DNA of 54,870 nt, counting the filler, from Ginglymostoma cirratum (lineage: Eukaryota): NCBI GenBank assembly GCA_024137785.1. It is 3 parts of 3 records of this genome, joined end to end, with 100 filler letters (N's around TTAATTAATTAA, not from the genome) between each part and the next. Parts side by side here need not be neighbours in the genome. Positions count along the whole stretch, not along the records: positions 37,410 to 54,870 come from JAHRHZ010000063.1; 2 more parts are not named here. One strand, given 5' to 3'. Position 1 is the first letter of the stretch; every line of letters begins with the position of its first letter. The notes below the pieces were generated by a model. It was not told where the DNA came from and did no database searches. It saw only the letters and a list, made by a program, of their open reading frames with translations. Positions 50,905 to 54,870 of the stretch are shown one piece after another. Position numbers and translations under genes: made by a program.

Positions 50905-51599
50905 GATAAGAACAAAGTATTTGGCTGTGTTGCTTTTGTCAGATAGCAGTTTCTGACTGAATGCATCCCTCCTGAATTGAAGCATGGTTTCAGAACTAGA
51001 AGGATTATGATTTTCTGGTTAGCAATGCAAGTCATGGTTGCAGATAGGATTCAGATTCCCCACAATCTAAAGCCACTCAGGCATTCTAAGAGACTCCATA
51101 TGTGAACAGACACCTAATTCCATTCACTATTCATCCCATGATTCCCAATCTATATTGATTCCCATCCAGCTACACCTCAGTTTTAACTTTATTACTGTTA
51201 TCTTCAAATCCTTCCATTGCTTACCCCTCTCAATTTCTGCAACTTTTCACAGCCTCTATTCTATCCCCAAAACCTATGTGCACCTCAAGTTCTGACCTCC
51301 TAACATGCCTGAAACATCAGCTTGTGTCTGCACCCTAGGTGCAACCTGACCTGCTGAATTTCTCTGCCACTTTTTATTTTAATTTCTGGTTGTAATTACC
51401 CCGGCCCGCTGGCTCTGCTTAGTTCCCCAGACCCTTAGCTCTAACATTCTCTTCCGAAACTCTTTGGCCAAGGTTTTGGTCATGGTTTTGACTTTTCCTA
51501 ATGTGGGTTGGTGACTGAGAGGCCATGACTACCTCAGAACTCAGTCAGAACTTCCAGGTGTCCTTTGGCACAGGGGAAGTCAAGGGCATGAGTGAAAGG

Positions 51600-52170
51600 T
51601 TCTAAAAAGCAACAGTTCCCTCAGCAAAAGAAGCAGCTCTACAGCAAGAAATGATAGTGGAGGTCATCATCACCTGCATAGAAAGCCTGCCTGTCATGGC
51701 AGACCTGGACGAAGAATGCACAGTGGGGGAGCTTGACAAAGCTATTACAAAGGTAGGGGCAGAGATCTGGCAGCTGATGTTATACTGCCTGAACTCATCA
51801 AGGATGGGAAACTTGCACTCCTGCAGCATCCACCTGAATGTCTCTGTCTCTGCTGGAGAGACAGCACAGTTTCTCAGCCTACATACAATGCTGAGATTGG
51901 AACCCTGCACAAGAACAAAGACAGCTGCGGTGATTGCAACAGCTATTGCAAGCATCACAGGAAAAGCATTTGTCTGTGTTGCCTTTATCATATTGCAGAT
52001 TCTGACTGAATGTATCTCTCCTGAATGAAAGTGTGGTTTCAGAACCAGAAGGTTTATAATCGGCATGATCTTCTAGTCTGGAACTGCAAAAGAATTGTCA
52101 TGAAGGAAGAGGACCACTATATGTTGCCTTCAGGCATTCACTCAGGTGAAGAGAGATGGACTATTTCAAC
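51600..52170 (+). mobile_element. RTE-clade LINE RT fragment
   Basis: ELDKAITK...ASITGKAFVCV...LQILTECISPE*KCGFR. Confidence 0.6.
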
Positions 52171-52470
52171 AGCTGGAGAAAATTGGCTCCTGGCTAAAGC
52201 TGCTCAATGTGATCTTCATTTCTCATTGCATTAAGGTCAGCTTTGTCAGAGCAAATGTCAGTTTCAAAGTCAAACAGGTTTGTGTCCTGGCACTGACATA
52301 TTTTGGCAAATTTTACAAAAAATAGCTTGTAAAGGCAAGTCCTGCAAGTATAGATTAATAAATTTAACCTCACTGATGAGGGAGGTTTTAGAAACAAATT
52401 CTGGATAAAATTAATAATCATCTGAGCAAATGCAAATTGAATAAGGAAAGCCACTAAGGATTTTAGTGAT

Positions 52471-52711
52471 TGTAACAAAGTCAACCAGGCAGATCTCGCA
52501 GAAAGTGAGATCCCTAAAAGTGAGTTCCCTAATTGAGGCTGTTAACTTGTACAATCAGGGAGCCCTGAGTGACAGATATAAACAGGAGTGCCAGGGATTC
52601 TGTTCACTCTAGAAGCTGGCTCTAAGCTGGCTGGGTCAATGTCATATACAATGTATTTGTCAGTAAAGGATGACTTGGTGACAGGGTATCGGCCTTCATT
52701 GAGTTATTTCA
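52471..52711 (+). mobile_element. Possible solo LTR
   Basis: TGTAAC...TTATTTCA termini, internal TATAAA and AGTAAA; no clear TSD. Confidence 0.35.
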
Positions 52712-53756
52712 GACTTATTTACTGCAAATCATGTTTAACTAACTGGCTGGAGGTTTTAAAGAGGTAACAGGAAGAATTGGCGGTGATAAAGTTATTGATG
52801 TGTTGTATATGGATTCCCAAAAGACATTTGGTAAAGTGCTGCACAACAGACTTGTGTGAAAAGTTGGAGCACATGGAATAAATTCTTTGAATTAATTACT
52901 TGACAATATCAACTTTAATTTATGCAGCACTTTTAAAACCATAAAACATTCCAAGATGTTTCATGTGAGCATTTTAGGTTATTACATCACATAAGGTAAT
53001 AGATTGGATGACTAAGACATGGTCAAAGAAGTCTGTTTTTAGTAGTGTCTCAGATGGGAAAGGTTCAGGGAGCCCCAGAGTTTGGGGTCTAGGCATCTGA
53101 TGATACAGCATAGAAGAGATTAAAAGCAGTGATTATCAAGATATCAGAATTCGTAATGTGTGGAAATCTTGGAGTGTTCAAAGAATGGAAGGAAACAGCG
53201 GAGAATGAAAGGGGCATTAGCAACATGGACACAAACATGAGCTGTGTGACAGGAAATTAAAAGTAGCATTGAATGATTGTTTTTCATTATGGATAAGAGT
53301 CTGTAATAGAGCTCCTCAGACATCTGGATGCTCTTCATGAACTTCATGCTAATATCCTGGAATCTGGTGCACAGGGCACAATTTCAGAATTTGCAAGTGA
53401 CATGAAACTTGGAAGTATTGTGAAATATATGGAGGATAGTGTAGAAGTTCAAAAGGACCTAGTCAGGTTAGTGGAATGAGTGAACAAGCAGCAGACAAAA
53501 TTTAATGTAGACAACTGTGAAGTGATTCATTTTGACAAGATGAACATTGGTTCGGGACAGGGATGAGCGGGAAGTGAAAACATTTTCTCCTTTCACTCTT
53601 TGTCAATGACCAGTGTGTATTTTTTGGAATGGAAGGTGTAATGTGTGTCACCCACATTCAATTTACTATAACTAGCAAAAAACATTAATAGATTTAAATA
53701 CAGAGGATTATTCATTCACATGTTGACCCCATGAGTGTAAACACTCTAAACTCACT

Positions 53757-53788
<32 letters not shown>

Positions 53789-53864
53789 CACATATTCTCA
53801 CTCGAAAAATATGCAATTGAAGAGGACAGTCTACTTTTACAAGTTGTAACAAAAAAGAATCATA

Positions 53865-54066
53865 AGTGGTAAGGGCGTGGAATGCCCTGCCTGCCAATGT
53901 AGTTAACTCAGCCACATTAGGGGCATTTAAACAGTCCTTGGATAAGCATATGGATGATGATGGGATAGTGTAGGGGGATGGGCTTTGATTAGTTCACAGG
54001 TCGGCGCAACATCGAGGGCCGAAGGGCCTGTTCTGCGCTGTATTGTTCTATGTTCTATGTTCTATA
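53865..54066 (+). mobile_element. Young CR1 3' end
   Basis: Near-identical to the reverse complement of 28091-28283 (about 2 mismatches by eye). Confidence 0.9.
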
Positions 54067-54870
54067 ATTCATGTGTTTGGCTCATCATAGGGAAAACAAT
54101 CATCACAAAGGCATTTGTTTGTTAAACAAAAGAAAGAAAGATAAAATAAAGCAGACCAAGCTATCTAAATATAGATCACAGTTTGAGAGATCTGAAAAAG
54201 TGTAACAAAACAAACACCATGTCCACTGCATCAGTGAATGCAAGAGTATCAGTATGTCTTAACTATTCTCATTTTTTGTTTGCTTCTGAAACCAAGTGTG
54301 ATTTTTCACAGTCTCTCCCCTGAACTCACCAGCATCAGAAGAACCATCACCAAGGCTGCCATGCAAGGCGTCAATAAAACAACTTGGACTTTTACTGTCA
54401 TTGTCATCTCTGGTCCCGAGATCCAGGAGGTCCGTCTGTTTTCATTCCTTTTTACTGATTGATACAACTGAATGGAATTTCAGGGGGCTGTTAAGAGTCA
54501 ACCACATTGCTGTGGGTCTGGAATCACTTGATAGCTAGACCAGGTAAGGACAGAAGATTTCCTTCCCCAAAGAAGGGTGACCAATATTATCTCACCATCT
54601 GCAGCAATTGGTGTTGAAGGATAGCCAGACCAAATGTTGAGTGGTTTGGCAATGAATATATATTTTGGACATGGAGTACATTTCGTGATCATAGACAAGT
54701 TACTAGGAAGCGATGGCCCAGTGGTATTAGTGCTTGACTATTAATCCAGAGATCCAGGTAATGTTCTGGAGCTAGCAGGAACTGCAGATGCTGGAGAATC
54801 TGAGATAACAAGGTGTAGAGCTGGATGAACACAGCAGGCCAAGCAGCATCGGAGGAGCAGGAAAGCTGAC

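Overview
Eukaryotic (cartilaginous fish, probably shark) genomic DNA, repeat-rich, apparently three pieces separated by 100-nt N spacers containing TTAATTAATTAA (1-15797, 15898-37309, 37410-54870), so linkage between pieces is unproven. Piece 1 holds a spliced, non-rearranging Ig-superfamily receptor gene (leader, germline-joined VJ, C1, TM, ITIM/ITSM tail). Piece 2 holds a disabled Ig light-chain locus resembling shark type I/NS5/sigma-cart (V without RSS or J, frameshifted C). About 5 kb downstream is a second non-rearranging VJ-C1-TM gene with a TCR-like hinge Cys and a TM Arg. Piece 3 holds an intact single-exon RAG2 CDS, preceded by a GC-rich element with two divergent ZNF143 motifs, as expected for the antisense NWC/IFTAP promoter. 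The rest is CR1, RTE and Penelope-like fragments, tRNA-derived SINEs, a palindromic repeat family with a minimal hammerhead-like core, and low-complexity DNA. All calls were made by eye; no database search was run.
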